DNA of 64,000 nt, taken from NCBI GenBank assembly GCA_951406725.2, contig OX597817.1, forward strand, positions 130,386,001-130,450,000, read 5' to 3'. Both the position numbers and the translations under genes were made by a program. The notes under the pieces were generated by a model. The model had not been told where the DNA came from. It searched no databases and saw only the letters and a program-made list of their open reading frames with translations. Shown piece after piece: positions 1 through 14,963 of this stretch; positions within the stretch are counted from its first letter, which is position 1; each line of letters begins with the position of its first letter. This stretch comes from Octopus vulgaris. Taxonomy: Eukaryota.

Positions 1-500
1 GCAGAATATTCTCAACTCTCCCACGAGGAATGCTAGCTGCATTGGCTGCTTGATTTATAGTCAATCACCTGTCATCGATCACCATGTGATGAACACGATC
101 GCTGTTTTCCTTGGTGGTAGCAGTTGCAGAACATCCAGACGTTGGGTCATCTTCAAAACTTTCTCTTCCCCTCCGAAATTCAGCTGCCCACTTTTACACT
201 GTTGATAAAGCTGGAACATTATCCCCTAGTGTAGCAACCATGTCAGCATGAATGTCGTTGGAGGCTAAACCGTTTGTCTGCAGGTCCTTGATAACACGAC
301 GGTCCCAAATTTTGTCTATTTTCAAGAGAAGTCGCTACTAGTTACTCTTGAAGTGTTCTTTGAACAGTCAGATATCAATTTACCCAGAAAGAAACAATGC
401 AGTTATTAATAAGAAAAGCTGAAATTAATGCAGCCATGATTTCAGGACTCTGGCATCATTCCTTCATAGGCAGCCTATGAACTTTTCAGCCCACTCTCAC
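1..500 (-). mobile_element. Mariner transposon remnant (5' end, transposase N-terminus, runs off window)
   Basis: Minus strand from ~319 reads roughly DKIWDRRVIKDLQTNGLASNDIHADMVATLGDNVPALSTV*KWAAEFRRGRESFEDDPTSG, the mariner HTH region, with stops. A TIR-like GAACTTTTCAGCCCACTC lies near 480-497. Confidence 0.85.
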
Positions 501-1232
501 ATCGTCACTTCCGATTTCTTTAGCAAATATACTTTCATTTTTACGAACAATTTATTTCGCTTTTCTTTTTTTTTTTACGACTGTAAACTGTATGTTAACG
601 GTTTAGTCATGACTACCTCTTCCTTAACTGAATCATTGCTCGTTTAACACTGCATTATCGAATGCGTTCCTGCTTTATCATGACGATAAAGAGTAATTTG
701 AGGGAAATTGTTTGCTATTTTTAATAGGTCAAGTGACTAAGTGACTGCTTCTCCTGGACTCGAAACTATTATCAGTTGAATTTGTAAGTGAAAAGAAATT
801 ATTTTTTAAATATAAGACAGATAGAGGATCGGGCAAAAGAGAAGGCATCGTTTATCACAAAGCAACATGGCCGACAGTTTTATGTAAACAGTTATTGCAA
901 TGGCGGCAGTTGATGGATTTAGTTTAACAGAATAGCATTTTCTCACGGACAGTAACTAAGGACGTTTATTATACGACACCACATGCTCTCTCTCCCCCCT
1001 CTCTCCTTCTCACTCTCTCCCTCTCTCCCTCTCTTTGTCTCATTCTATTAATCTTTCTTTTCAAACTTCTTTTTCAAATCTATCTTTCTATTTTTCTTTC
1101 TAACTGTTGATTTCGCTTTGCTCTTTGTTTATGTGTATACTTTATCTACATACACTCAAGTTTCTCTTTACTTCTATGCATATGTGATATGTGTCTACGC
1201 ATGTGTGTGTGTATGTGTTTCTGTATGTATTT

Positions 1233-1282
<50 letters not shown>

Positions 1283-3260
1283 GGTTTATATTATTGAACA
1301 AAAGAAATAACGTTGGTATATTCTCAACTACTTATGTTAGAAGTAATACTTCATTCCCTCTCCTCTAGTTCAATTCATCAGTGTCTCTTTCTATTTTCGT
1401 TTTAGTTCAACCTCCCTCGCATCATCGTTTCCTCCTTCCTTCGTATTTCTTTCGTTTTCTTCTCTTACTCCATATATACACACACAGGGAGAGATACATA
1501 CTTACACACGTACATATATATATGCATGTGTGTATGTATATATACATGCGTATATACATATATATACACGTAACAATACTGAGGTCAGTAAATTAATTTA
1601 GTATCTAAAGGATCATAATAAACAATTTGATTTGGAATGGAATATTCTATCTATGTCTTTTCCGTATGATAAAGTTAAATCTTTTTATCCGCTTTTTAAC
1701 AGTGAAATGCATTTCATCTTTTTCTCAGAGAATCCTCTTGTAAATACGCTTATAGAACGCGTTTATCGTTGCAAACATTGGCAAAAACATACCTTTAGTT
1801 CCTATACATGATTTCTACCATTCTATAAAATTCGACCTTTTACTGTCTCCTTACATTTCACTTCCACTAAATATATCTACTTCCATAACTTTAAGCTTTA
1901 TTCCTATTCACATATCGCTCTATTAGTTTTCCACTAATTTCTTTCTTTCTTTCTTTCTCCTTCTCTTTCTATGAACTACCTTTGACGTTATATCTACTAT
2001 TGTTTTTTTTAAAAACTTGCTATCGTTCCCCTCATCATATACGCAGTCATCACATTCTGTTAAAATGTCTTATTGATGTGTCTGGTTTCTCTGTTTCCCT
2101 GATGAGAAGATTGCATTGTTTTACACAATTTTATTCCTTCTGGAATAATACCAATGTTTTCTTTGAAACATATGTTGGAAGTAAAAAGATTTGAATAACA
2201 GTTGCGTTCAACTCCATTTATTTATTTATCTATGTCATTCAAAAACATTTCACCAAAATCCAGAATTTCTACTTTTATAAGTAGGCTGTTACATCCTTGG
2301 TACTTGTGTGAATTTTTGCTACGCTGGTAACTAGTTATTTATTTTTTCCGTGTTATTTCTAAGCACTGAAAAAATACGCATACATTTATATATATATATG
2401 TGTATATATATATGTGTGTGAGTGTAAGTGTGTGTATATATACATATATATGTATATATATAGTAAGGAGTAAATATTCAAAAAGCGAATATTCATATAG
2501 ATATTGTTATTAACTGCGGTAAATATAAATAATTGATAATAATAATAATATAGGTAATAGCATTAGATAGCTATACAAATAAATATATATTTATCATAAG
2601 GGCACATGAGGCACCTACTTGCTAGAAATTGGAGCTAAAACCCTCAACTTAACCACCATTGTTAAGTCGGGGGTTTTAAGTCCGTGCCACTCTCCTACTC
2701 AAAACTCATCCAAACTTTTTTTAAATGATATCATTTTACAAAAACTACCACTTTTTGTTATTTTTTGAAACGATTTGCAGATCATTTCAAATTTCACTGA
2801 ATTTCCAGCTAGCGCTGCTGCTGCCGTTGTTGTTGCTGTTGTTGACGTCGTCGTCGTTGTTGTTATTGTTTGCCGTTGTTCTTGTTGTCGTCGACACCAT
2901 CACCATTGTTGTTGTTTAGACGTGACTCAGCCATGATTCATCCGACCAAAGGTCAAAGGAATTTCAGCCATGACCTGGTCCGTCTTCTGAAGTTACGTTG
3001 CTACTAGACCCATGTTTTTCAAATGGTCCTTTTTACTCTATGCAGAAAAATGTAATTTTATGGAGAATTGGCTACTGCTTCTAGCAAACAGACTGTCTGA
3101 TAATGCAAAAGCTCTCTCACTCACTCTCTATCTATTTATCTCTCTCTTCCTCTCTCTTTGCCTCTCCCTCTACATCTCTATATTTCTCTCTCTCTCTCTA
3201 AGTATTTTTGTTCGACGCGTTAACTATTCTAACCACTCACCGCCTTCTCCTGCTGTATAA

Positions 3261-3471
3261 TAATTCTTTCTACTAAAGGCACAAAGCACGAAATTTGGTG
3301 GAAGGGGTCCAATCGATTACATCGACCCCAGTGTTTCACTGGTGCTTAATTCTTCGACCCCAAGTAGATGAAAGGCAAAGTCGAACTCGGCGTAATTTGA
3401 ACTCAGAACGTAGTGACAGACGAAATACTGCTAAGCTTTTCGTCCGGCGTGCTAACGACTCTGCCAGCTCG
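3261..3471 (-). mobile_element. SINE copy (family with GAGTTCAAATTCCGCCGAGGTCGACTTTGCCTTTCATCC core)
   Basis: Reverse complement of the core seen at 6264, 26351, 30008 and elsewhere. Confidence 0.8.
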
Positions 3472-3769
3472 TTAGTGATATCACTGTTCGTTGCGGTCTT
3501 CCAAGCAGTTATGGTATAAGCAAAATGTTGCCATTTCTTGTGGTAAATATGGCATTTGATCAGAGAAATTTTTAGAGATAACTCTAGAAGGCATTCCCGT
3601 GCACTGAGGAGAGATGAAATGAAATTGCTATTTGTAATGTATGTGTGTGAGTGTGAGTGTGTGTATGAGTGTGAGTGTGTGTATGCGCACGTGTGTGTGT
3701 GTGCGTGCGCATGCGTGTGTGTGTGTATATGTATGCGTGTGCATGTGTATGTAGGGTGTGTTATTGTGA

Positions 3770-3965
3770 CTGTGTTTGTCTCCCACCATCACTTGATGGT
3801 TACGTCCCCGTAACTTGGCGGTTCTTCAAGAGTGACGGTAGAATAGGTATCAGGCTTTAAAAAAAAAAGAAGTAATGGAGTAGATTCGTTCGACTAAAAA
3901 TTCTTCAATGTGATGCCCCAGCGTGGCCGCAGTCTAATGACTGAAACAAATAAAAGATAAAGATA
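3770..3965 (+). mobile_element. SINE 3' part (same family as 16119-16500)
   Basis: Shares TTACGTCCCCGTAACTT...CGACTAAA...GGCCGCAGTC..ATGACTGAAACA with other copies and has a (GATAAA) tail. Confidence 0.7.
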
Positions 3966-5110
3966 AATGAAGAGATGTATTTGATTGTGAAGCAACACAG
4001 AACAATATTAACGAAGTAATTAGTGTTGCATTAAGCGTGGCCTCTTGTTAAGTCATAATCCAGTGAACCAGTAACGCCTTACCAAATCATAACGCTTGCA
4101 TTAGTATCTGCGAATTTACTGAACAGTGCGAAGGCGATGAGACATATATTGCCCAATCGCTCTACGTTTTCATTCATCGTACTTCATTTCTTTGACTTAA
4201 TATGATAGTGATACCATTGGGCTTTATTTCTCCCTCTTATTTCCATCCTATTTAAATTCCATTATCGTATTAATATAGTACGGATAGGGATTTAGTTGGC
4301 ACCGATTCGGGCAAACCGATTGTTATATATCTTTTTGAATATATAATATGTTTTTTAACGTTCGTGGCAAATATTATTGCCGTAAACGTTTCGACTTAAG
4401 ACAATTTGCTGCATTTATTTTCCCCCTACACACTTTTCCCGTGAGAAGTTTTTGCCTAAAGATATTTTGCTGACTGGTATTTTCGCCGTAATTTAAAAAA
4501 AAAAAAACATAACGAAGATCTACTTGTCAGAAACAAACTATCTTGTTTCTCAAATTAGAATAAAAAGAAACAATAAAAATGATAACGTGTGTTAACCAAT
4601 GTTTGATTTTAATTTTTCCATTAATTCACACTTATCTATATTATTAGTGCTATTGTTTTTGTTTTTGTTTTTGGAGGGGGTCCCCCCTCCAAAAGGCAAA
4701 TAAGGCAGAATATGCCTTATTCCTAACAGGTAGAATATGAACCAAACTTATTCCTAACAGGCAAAATATGAACCAAATTGTGGGTTTAAATAATGTACTT
4801 TTTAATACGCTTAATATCACTCCATCAGTGTCCATTAACAATTCATATGGTTCTTTCTCGCTTTGAATTGGAAGAACGAAGAAATGGACATGAATGTTTG
4901 TTTATAAGTAAATGTATTCATAAACGCTTGAATATATATATATGCACGAATGTATGTATATATATATGTACGTATTTGTGTATGTGTATGTATGTTGTGT
5001 GTATGTGTGTATTTTTTAACCTTTTACTGACCCTATCTATATTTCTTTCACGGTAATTGAGTTTGTTTTGTCTGTAATTCTCTATCCAGTAGGGTACTTA
5101 TGTTTGCTGT

Positions 5111-5168
<58 letters not shown>

Positions 5169-5173
<5 letters not shown>

Positions 5174-5324
5174 AGAAACAAACCGCTATCTAGTTATTCC
5201 ATCAATAGTGAAAAGATATTATCTATAATAACGACATAAAAATTATTTAAATATCTTATAATAGTTATTCTAAAAATCTCATAACCAATCAAACATTAAG
5301 TTGACTACGGTTTGTCTCTAAATT
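5169..5324. repeat. Short insertion with 17-bp imperfect inverted termini at the edge of a (TA)n array
   Basis: AATTTAGAAACAAACCG (5169-5185) versus CGGTTTGTCTCTAAATT (5308-5324). Confidence 0.55.
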
Positions 5325-5364
5325 CTATATGTGTGTGTGTGTGTATGTGTGTGTGTGTGTGTGT

Positions 5365-5655
5365 AGAAGCGCAATGGCCTAGTGGTTAGGGCAGCGGACT
5401 CGCGGTTTCAATTCCCAGACCGGACGTTGTGAGTGTTTATTAACCGAAACACCTAATGCTCCACGAGCCTCCGACAGGGGGTTGTGGCGATCCCTGCTGT
5501 ACTCTTTCGCCACAAATTTCTCTCTCTCATTCTTCTGTTGGCCTGCTCGCTTAGCCAGCGGGGTGGTGTAATTTGAAGGCTAAAACAATGCGAAGCGCAT
5601 TGTGACCAGCGATGTGTAGCAATATCTGATAGCCTGGTCGGTCACGGTAATCACG

Positions 5656-5660
<5 letters not shown>
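5365..5660 (+). mobile_element. tRNA-derived SINE
   Basis: A-box TGGCCTAGTGG and B-box-like GGTTTCAATTCCC, a (TCACGG) tail, then (TA)n. Confidence 0.7.
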
Positions 5661-5705
<45 letters not shown>

Positions 5706-6263
5706 GAATTTTGATTTAGTGTGCTAAATTGAAATTTTTTTCCCTGTTAGCTCGGAATTATTACATTCCCTAACTATTAATAATGTGTGTGTGTGTATAG
5801 ATGTGTGTATGTATGTATGTATGTTTGTGTGTATGTATGTATGTATGTATGTATGTATGCATGCATGTATGTATGTATATAGGGGGATGGGATGTAATTG
5901 CTTGCATGTATATAAGTTCACACTCTAAATTCTGCCGCTTTGTGTCGGATGAATAATATTCTATCTGGTACCCCAACTGTATCTGTATATGTGATTGTTT
6001 TTAGTACTGGTTTTGTTCATCTTTGTTTGCCACCCGATCGTCCTCTATTCACTCCCCAAACGTTAGTCTAGCATCGAAGAAGTATATCTGCGTTTTCGAA
6101 GTACTGTTGTTATCCCTCTCACTATTACAATTTCCCGTCGTAGTTTCTTTTTCATTCATTGAGGGTAAAGATGTACTAAGTAGTGTTGATCATGGCTTTA
6201 GTCTGGCTCCATCTTCCAAAGCATGCAAGCGATATATATTTCAAATAATTTTTTAAGATTACT

Positions 6264-6652
6264 CGGCGGCGAGCCGGCTGAACCGTTAGCACGCCGAGCA
6301 AAATGCTTAGCGGTAATTCGTCTGCCGATACGTTCTGAGTTCAAATTCCGCCGAGATCGACTTTGCCTTTCATCCTTTCGGGGGTCGATAAATTAAGTAC
6401 CAGTTACGCACTAAGGTCAATGTAATCGACTTAATCCGTTTTTCTGTCCTTGTTTGTTCCCTCTGTGTTTAGCCCCTTGTGGGTAGTAAAGAAATAGGTA
6501 TTTCATCTGACTTTACGTTCTGAGTTCGAATTCCGCCGAGGTCGACCTCGCCTTTCGGGAGCGATAAATCAAGCACCAGTAGCATACTGGGATCGATCTA
6601 ATCGACTGGCTACCTTCCCAAAAATTTCGGACCCCTGTTCCTAGAGTAGTAA
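6264..6652 (+). mobile_element. SINE with internally duplicated core
   Basis: GGCGGCGAGC head, and the core GTTCTGAGTTC..ATTCCGCCGAG occurs twice (6332, 6518). Confidence 0.8.
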
Positions 6653-7495
6653 AAAAATTTTCAAGATTACATAATAGTGGTTTCAAATTTTGCTACAAAG
6701 CCAACAATGTTGGGAGAGGGAATAAATCAATTACATTGCCCCCAGTGCTCAACTGGTACTTCTTTTATCGACGTCGAAAGGATGAAAGCAAAGTCGAATT
6801 TGAACTACAGACGTCAAAATTTGAACTCAAGACGTCTAACGATTCTGCCTGCTCGTTTTATATAATATTGAGTCAAGGGCGAGACTGAGCATTGCTGCGG
6901 CCTATATGTTTGATATCCCTGATATAGCATCTATCGATGTTTCGTCTCAGTTGCTAAATTTACCAGAAAATTGCCATAGCATGAAAGACCAACGGAAGAT
7001 GCGACACGTTACCGAAAGGCTTGGACACAGTAAAAATGTTCCACACTCCACCCCTATACGCGACGCAATTTGACAATAACCATCATAACCCCTGATAGGC
7101 TGGTGTTCAGCGTCTGAACCATCATACAGAAAAAAATGAGCAGAAAAAATATAACACGTGTTTCAGTAAGCTGATTAGCGTTATTCCGAAAGCCTGTTGG
7201 CTCTATTACACAAAATAGTCGACTCACTTCTTCAGCATGTGTGTGTGTGTGTGTGCATTCAATAATGTGCATGGCCATTGTCAATGAACTGCAAACCTTA
7301 ATGGATTTTCATCCGAGTTAATAATCTGTAGCTTTTGCTACATTCATCACAAGTCTCTTCTTAGTATACAATACAGAATTGTCGATATTTCATATTGCGT
7401 GCAGACTTGTGCCTTTTCAGAACACCAAGAGAAAAGTAACTGTTATTGACATGTGTATGAGTTTTATTTGAATGTATGCATGCATGTGTGTGTGC

Positions 7496-7541
<46 letters not shown>

Positions 7542-7615
7542 GTGAGAGAGACAGTAAGAGAGAGAGTGAGAGAAAAAAGGCAAATAGAACAGACAGATAG
7601 TTCAGACTGGCTGAC

Positions 7616-7683
<68 letters not shown>

Positions 7684-8400
7684 TCAAACCGTCAAACCGC
7701 GAAATTAATGCCATTACGGATAGAGTTTCGATAGATTTGAAACTCCAAGGACGACCCCAACATGAGTTTTAAATTTCTTTGAGTCTACTATTACTGCTCC
7801 ATGACAGCAGGATCTATACGCGAAAAACAACACAAATGAAACCACAGAAGGTTTAGTAAACCTGATTACGTTGTGACCTTTCCATTAGAACTTTCTGGAT
7901 GTTTAGATCTAGTTAGGACTATTATTCATATATTTCTTGTTTTTACTCAACAAAATCCTAATATACTTTTTTTTACTTATTGTTATCTGCTTTTGTCTTT
8001 TTTTTCTCTTTGCTGTTAGAATTCATCGTATGTTGAGAAGTGACCTTGAACGATATAAGTTTGTGTTTGTTTTTTTTGCTTTTTTTTTTACTTTTCTGTC
8101 GTATTGAGTGATGGTGAAGGAGAAAGAGAGAAGGAAAATCGGGAACAAAGAGGATAAGATAGAAGTTAGATAACAACAGAGAAAGAGAGCATAAAAGAGA
8201 AAATGACAGAAACTTAAGAAAGAAAATTTAGAGAGGGAGAGAGAGAAAATGAAAGACGAAAAGCAGAAAAGCAACAAAGAAAGGAGAAAAGAAGAAATCA
8301 AAGAAGGGATGGGTTAAAGGACATACAGAAACCAAAAGGTTAAGGATTCCCAAAATAAAATAAAAACATAAAAAGAAGGGACAAAGGAAAGAAAGAAAGA

Positions 8401-9130
<730 letters not shown>

Positions 9131-10049
9131 TAGAAGGTAAAAAATGATTGAGAAAAGAAAGATAGAAAGATGAGTAAAGAGTGAAAATATAAAGGAAGAC
9201 AAGGAATGAGTAAGAATAACAAATTAAATAAATATTTAAATAGAGAGTGTGGGGGTGGAGAGAATCACTCCAAGATTTTTTTTTTTCCTTCTGAATCGAT
9301 AAGAATTCAGCATCCACACTGCTTCAGACAACGACTACAACAGCAATAAATGTTTGTTAACTTGGGACAAAATAAACAAATTTTTTTAGTTATCCTTGTT
9401 TTTGCTGCTGCAGTTGTTTATTGCTGCTCCTGCCGCTGCTGCATACTACTGCTGTTGCTGCAGCTGATGCTGTTGTTGTTGTTGCTGATGTTGCTGTTGT
9501 TGTTGTTTGCTGATACTGCCGCTGTTTGTTATTCACTTCCAATTAGTACTTCCGAGTTAGCTGTGACAAGCATCAAGTAAATGATGTTTGACAATAACTC
9601 GGCAACCATGCGTAAATCATACATCACTTCCGGTTTAGTCACCTGATCAACATTCTGCCGACGAGCAAGAGATGTAAAAGAGAAAGAGGGGAAAAAAAAC
9701 AGAGACAGAGTGAGTGAGTGAGAAAGAAGGAGAGAGATTTGTAAATATTTGCAGACTACAATTGAATGAGCGTGCTGTGGTGAACTCTGCTACCGAAGAA
9801 AAGATAAATTTCTTCTAAGCTGAAACTTCAGCCTGGTTTTGTTCTCCACTTAAAACTATATGGCTGCAACGCTGCAGTTACGCCGATAATACCATACGCT
9901 AAGGTATAAATGTCACAGAATATCTCCTTTAAAAGATATATGATCTTTGCATATATTCTAAAAAAAAAAGGTGGGGAGGGTTATATATTTTGCACAGTGT
10001 CGAAAAACTTTCTTTTAATTTTCGTAAAAATAAGTAACTAAACCATACT

Positions 10050-10600
10050 AATTAGTTTCAGTTGCTCTAAAATTATATTTGAAATCGATAGTGAATGTAA
10101 AATATTTATGCTAAATTAGGGCACTGCCATTAATTGTTGTTGGCATCAGGAGAATTCATAAAATTTCGGGAGAACGTGAACTAAGTCATTTTTGGAACAG
10201 TGGATCTCGAAGCACATAAAGCTGGAAATAATAGCATGCAAATATTGGATTGAAAAACCGTTTTGGATAGAAAACGTCTGAAGGCTGCCTGTGGGACTCG
10301 AAACCAAACTTCCTGTAGACATGACAAATGTTTTACCATTGGGCCATAACTGGTAAGAATAAGGTTTCTGAAACGGAAAAAAAAAACCCACCTATGGTTC
10401 AATGGTAGAATACCTGTCGTGTTCTGTCGATGTGGGTAGACTTCAGACTTTTTCTATCCAAAACGGTTTCTCAACACAGTATTTGCATGCTATTATATAC
10501 AGCTGCATGCACTTCGAGATCCACATTTTCACGCAAAAAATGGATTATTCCATGTTCCACTAATATTCAAATTAAATTACTACAATATGCAATTATAATT
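10050..10600. mobile_element. Foldback/MITE-like element with long imperfect inverted repeats
   Basis: GTGGATCTCGAAG..AATAGCATGCAAATA..AAACCGTTTTGGATAGAAAA.GTCTGAAG (10200-10283) is the reverse complement of ~10441-10525. Outer limits are uncertain. Confidence 0.65.
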
Positions 10601-10897
10601 TGGTTATTACTCTTTTGTTACGACAATCATTTCTATTGTAGGCACAAGACCTGAAAGTCTGGGAGAGGGGCGAAGTCGATTACATCAACTCCAGTACTTG
10701 ACTAGTACTTAATTTATCGACCCCGATACGATGAAAGGTAAAGTCGACCTCAGCGGAATTTGAACTCAGCTCTCTTTTGTTACGATTATGATGGCTCTTC
10801 TATCTGTTTTGATGATGTGCAGTTATTTGCTCGATCAATTAAAAACTCCACGTTTTAAGTTATCAAGTAAGTGGCCGAGTATTTAACAGTCATATTT

Positions 10898-11233
10898 GAG
10901 ACCCACTTCGGTCATGACTGACCGTGGGATTGCCCCTAGAAAGTTACCCTCCCAGGGACAAGTCCGAGCAAGGTTGTTTATGGAAGGCCAGCAGTCGGCC
11001 ATGCATACCGGCATCCCCTTTCCACGCCACCAGTGTTATCCAAGGGAAAGGCAACAGTAGATACAGCTTGGCACCTGTGATGTCGCAACTCATTTCTACG
11101 GCTGAGTGAACTGGAGCAACGTGAAATAAAGTGTCTTGCTCAAAAACACAACACGCAGCCCGGTCCAGGATTCGAACTCACAACCTCACGATCGTAAGCT
11201 CGACGCTCTAACCACTGAGCCATGCGCCTTCAC
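10898..11233 (-). mobile_element. tRNA-derived SINE
   Basis: Minus strand starts GAAGGCGCATGGCTCAGTGGTTAGAGCG...GTTCGAATCCTGG (A and B boxes). The body is shared with 21910-22228 (TTGAGCAAGACACTTTATTTCACGTTGCTCCAG). Confidence 0.85.
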
Positions 11234-12538
11234 ATCACAGTCATATACTTGAAACGTAATTCTCAAGGCAAATCAGCGTACACAATATATAATAAAGATA
11301 GTCTTTTGAACTACAGGTACGGTTCACCCGACCGACGAGGGCTTCTACAGAGTTTCTATCTGTTCAGTTTCACTCACAAATCAACCCGACGATTTAGTAA
11401 AAGAACAAAGGAAATGACATGCCAATATGCCAAGCGGTTTCAACGCCGTCTTAAAGCATAGACATACTGGGCGATTGACAAGGGAATTTACGAGTCCTGT
11501 TCTAATCTAAGTACGTCGTGACTTGTTGCCAATAATACTACTGATTTGCCCAGGAACCTATAATGCTACTCAGATGGATCTGCGCGGCAGGTTGATTGTA
11601 TCGATTCAAGAAGATTGAAAAGCAAAGTTGGCTTCTACGGGATTTGAATTCAGAACGGAGCTGAAATAGATACCAGATTTTGTCTGATACCTTTAACCAT
11701 TTTGCCAATTCACTGACCTTCACCTCTTACTCTCGGCGAAATAATTTATACCACATTGCAAATTTTTTGCCAGTATTGGATATCTCTTGGTATGGCAAAC
11801 ACGAGAACTAATTTCAATTCGGAATTGGTAGCTAGTTAATTAATCTCATAAATATCGCCCATGATTTTAGGGAAGACATGAATGCCATAACTTCCATCTT
11901 CAAGTCTGTACTGATTTGATGGGATATGAACCAAGAATTTTTCTATCGTATCTTATCTGGGACTAAAGGGTAGTTTCATAGAGAGCTACTCACTTGCGTG
12001 CTCAGAGGTGCGTACCTTTGAGAAACTTAAATTTTCTAATTTACCACTCTGTTTGCTTTAAAAATTATCTGAAGATGGCGGATTTTGCCATGATATATAA
12101 TCTAAAACTTCATCAATTAAATGCTGCAGAAACAACTGTTGTGAATTTTAGACCCCATTTGTGTTCTTTTATACTTTTAAGTATATGAATAGGCAAACTG
12201 ATGAATGAATGAATGAATGAATGAATGAATGAATGAATGAATGTCTGGCTGGCTGGCTGGCTGGATGGATGGATGGATGGATGCTTCGGTTCATGGAAAG
12301 ATAGTTTGATGAATAAGTGGGTAGACAGACGCATAGACGAATGGAAGGGTGAACTGATCTCTTCTGTTTGATGATTTTTTTAAGATAAAGAATTGATCAA
12401 AAATATATGGATTCCTCCTCCTCCTTCTCTTATTATGCGGATTTCTTTTAAATAGATAAAGGTCACAGTTTGACCCCGTTTCTTGATATTGTTGTTGTTG
12501 TTAGTCTTCTCTTTCTTCTTCTTCTTCTTCTTCTTCTT

Positions 12539-12569
<31 letters not shown>

Positions 12570-12777
12570 TGCGGATTCCCTTTAAGCGGAGAAGGAGCGC
12601 AATTTGACCCCGTTTCTTATTGCTCCTCTTCTTTTCTTTTATTTTTTCTTCTATTTTTCTTCTACTCCTCATTTTACCGTTTCACAAAACAGACAAAATG
12701 TCTGAAGATGCGATAACTTAAGAGATGAAGCCATGAAAGATGAAATAATTAGGCGTATTGACGCAAGTGGAGAGCGG

Positions 12778-12808
<31 letters not shown>

Positions 12809-13239
12809 TTGTCGATAGCAAAACAATACCACATAACGTTTTATTTGTTTTTATATCGCAACTGGTGAGCAATCGCGTCGTTGGACACAGGTTTTCCATT
12901 GAACGTTGGCAATAGCAAGTGAGACAAAGTACTAAACAAGTATGTTCAAGAACTTCGCTCGGAGAATATATCGGTGAAATACCACGAACATTCTCACTAT
13001 CTCTCTTTCTCTCTCTCTCTCCCTCTATCTCTCTTTCTGTCTCTTTCTCTCTCTCTCTCTCTCTCTCACACTCTCAAACACATACGTACATATATAAGCA
13101 TATATATGAATGTGTTGTGTGTGTGTGTAGTGGTTGAATGAGCTGTTCGAGGAAACTTATAATCATGTTAAAATTTACATCATATACGTGTGTGCGTGTT
13201 TGATCGCATAAATCAGTGTGTGTGTGCGTTCGTGTGAAT

Positions 13240-13281
<42 letters not shown>

Positions 13282-13399
13282 ACGCGTGTGATGCATGTGT
13301 GTGTGTGTGTGTTCATGCTAAATTTGAGGGTTTGTATAAAAGGAAAAGAAAACAAAATCCCACCTAAATATAGAAGTACGCGCTTAAAAAAAATTTCAT

Positions 13400-13690
13400 A
13401 ACATCAACTAGATTATGACTGGGAGATAGTGGCCGCTCTCAGCTCCCAGCATGGCCTCAAGACAGCTCCGGAACCTGGGATTTGCGTTCGTCATTATGCC
13501 CCACGGAAGACTTTCGAACACATCCTTGATCTTGACTACCACCTCGGCCTTTCTTCAAGCAGAGCGGCTGGTGTCTTTTTTTTTCAACCGGGCCCTACAC
13601 ATAATAAAATGAAAATGTCCCTGTTGGCATGTTTAGGGAGGTGGTTTATGAGATCCAGGTCGTATCTTGCAATACTTATATGTTTGAGAA
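13400..13690 (-). mobile_element. Degraded Tc1/mariner (maT/DD37D-like) transposase C-terminus
   Basis: Minus strand reads KAEVVVKIKDVFESLPWGIMTNANPRFRSCLEAMLGAESGHY, matching the typical ..C.RFRSRLEAV..A.GG..E end. A second short fragment lies at ~20570-20635 (TRSRTHLEAVVESEGG). Confidence 0.7.
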
Positions 13691-13834
13691 TTGGCTTTAG
13701 TAGTATGTCTATAAATGGACACCACCCGAGCAAACACAACACGCACGTACACAAACACACACCTCTCTAACAAGCATAACACACACACACACACGCACGC
13801 ACGCACAGATGCACACCGTCCTGACAGACGTAAC

Positions 13835-13930
13835 ACTGCGTGACACCTTGGGCAAATGTCTTCAACTATAGCCTCGGGCCGACCAAAGCTTTGTGAGAGG
13901 ATTTGGTAGACGGAAACTGAAACAAGCCCG

Positions 13931-13974
<44 letters not shown>

Positions 13975-14070
13975 CTGTGTCTGTGTTCGTCTCCTCAACA
14001 TCGCTTCACAACCGATACTAAAAAAGGCGGTGCTCCAGCATGGCTGCAGTCAAATGACTGAAACAAAAAA
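13835..14070 (+). mobile_element. SINE (partial, 16119 family)
   Basis: CACTGCGTGACACCTTGGGCAA...GGCCGACCAAAGC..GTGAG..GATTTGGTAGACGGAAACTGAA core. Confidence 0.8.
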
Positions 14071-14076
14071 ATAATA

Positions 14077-14149
<73 letters not shown>

Positions 14150-14201
14150 TGTGTGTGTACGTGTATACATACATACATACATACATACATACATACATAC
14201 A

Positions 14202-14250
<49 letters not shown>

Positions 14251-14878
14251 CGCTCTGTACTCCTACTTCTAGTAGCAAAAAGTAGATATTGATCCATTAG
14301 TGTCTCCATGTTGTCAAGGAACGATCAAATATCAATGCCAGGAAACTTCATATAAAATATCAAATTCCTGATTACCGTTGCACACAGAGGTTGGAGAGGG
14401 ATCTCCTTCAATATCTCACTATTGCCTTTTTTATATTTCTTTCATTTTTCTTCTCTGTTTTTTTTTTTATTCCTTTCGCATATTTGTCGATCGCTTCGAT
14501 TTAAATTCTTCGCATTCAATTTTATGTGCGTGCCTGCGTGCGCGAGTGCGTGCGTGAGTGCGTACACGAGTGTGTATGTGAGTGCGTGAGTAAATGTGTG
14601 TGTGTGTATGTGTTGAGGGAAATGTCTAATGAATGTGTGTATAAAAATGTGCGTGCATAATGTGTTGAGAGATGCATCTGGGTATCTGTTGTGCATGTAT
14701 AGTGTACTTACCTATGTAGTCGAATACGTAGTATGCAGACGTGTATGTGTGTTTAGAGAGAGAGAGTGATTATATATATGTATGTATATATATATATATA
14801 TATAAGAATAAATGTTTTTATATATAAAGAACGTGAAATACAGGAAGGGACGAACACGGAACACAGACAAATCATTCG

Positions 14879-14963
14879 AAGCCTTCAATCTTCAGTCAGA
14901 CACCGAATCATCATAGCAAATTTCGGCTGTTCAATTCTGATATTTGCTCCAACTCGGCCAGCC
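14879..14963 (-). ncRNA. Candidate non-circularly permuted hammerhead ribozyme (copy A)
   Basis: GGCUG-G-CCGAGUU-GG-AGCAAAU-A^UCAGA-AUUGAA-CAGCC-GAA-AUUUGCU-AUGAU-GAUUCGG-UG-UCUGA-CUGAAGA-UUGAA-GGCUU. Helix III is 7 bp, helix I is 5 bp, and the cores CUGAAGA, GAAA and AUA are intact. Confidence 0.65.

Noticed and set aside
2099-2130. CTGATGAG hammerhead-like core
   Set aside because: There is no helix II or GAAA partner nearby.
9595-9665. ETS (CACTTCCGG) and E-box motif cluster; YY1-like motifs near 865-908
   Set aside because: Short motifs cannot support a regulatory call without conservation or chromatin data.
11150-11233. tRNA genes at SINE heads (also 5365, 16119, 21910)
   Set aside because: They lack a complete cloverleaf and continue into SINE bodies.
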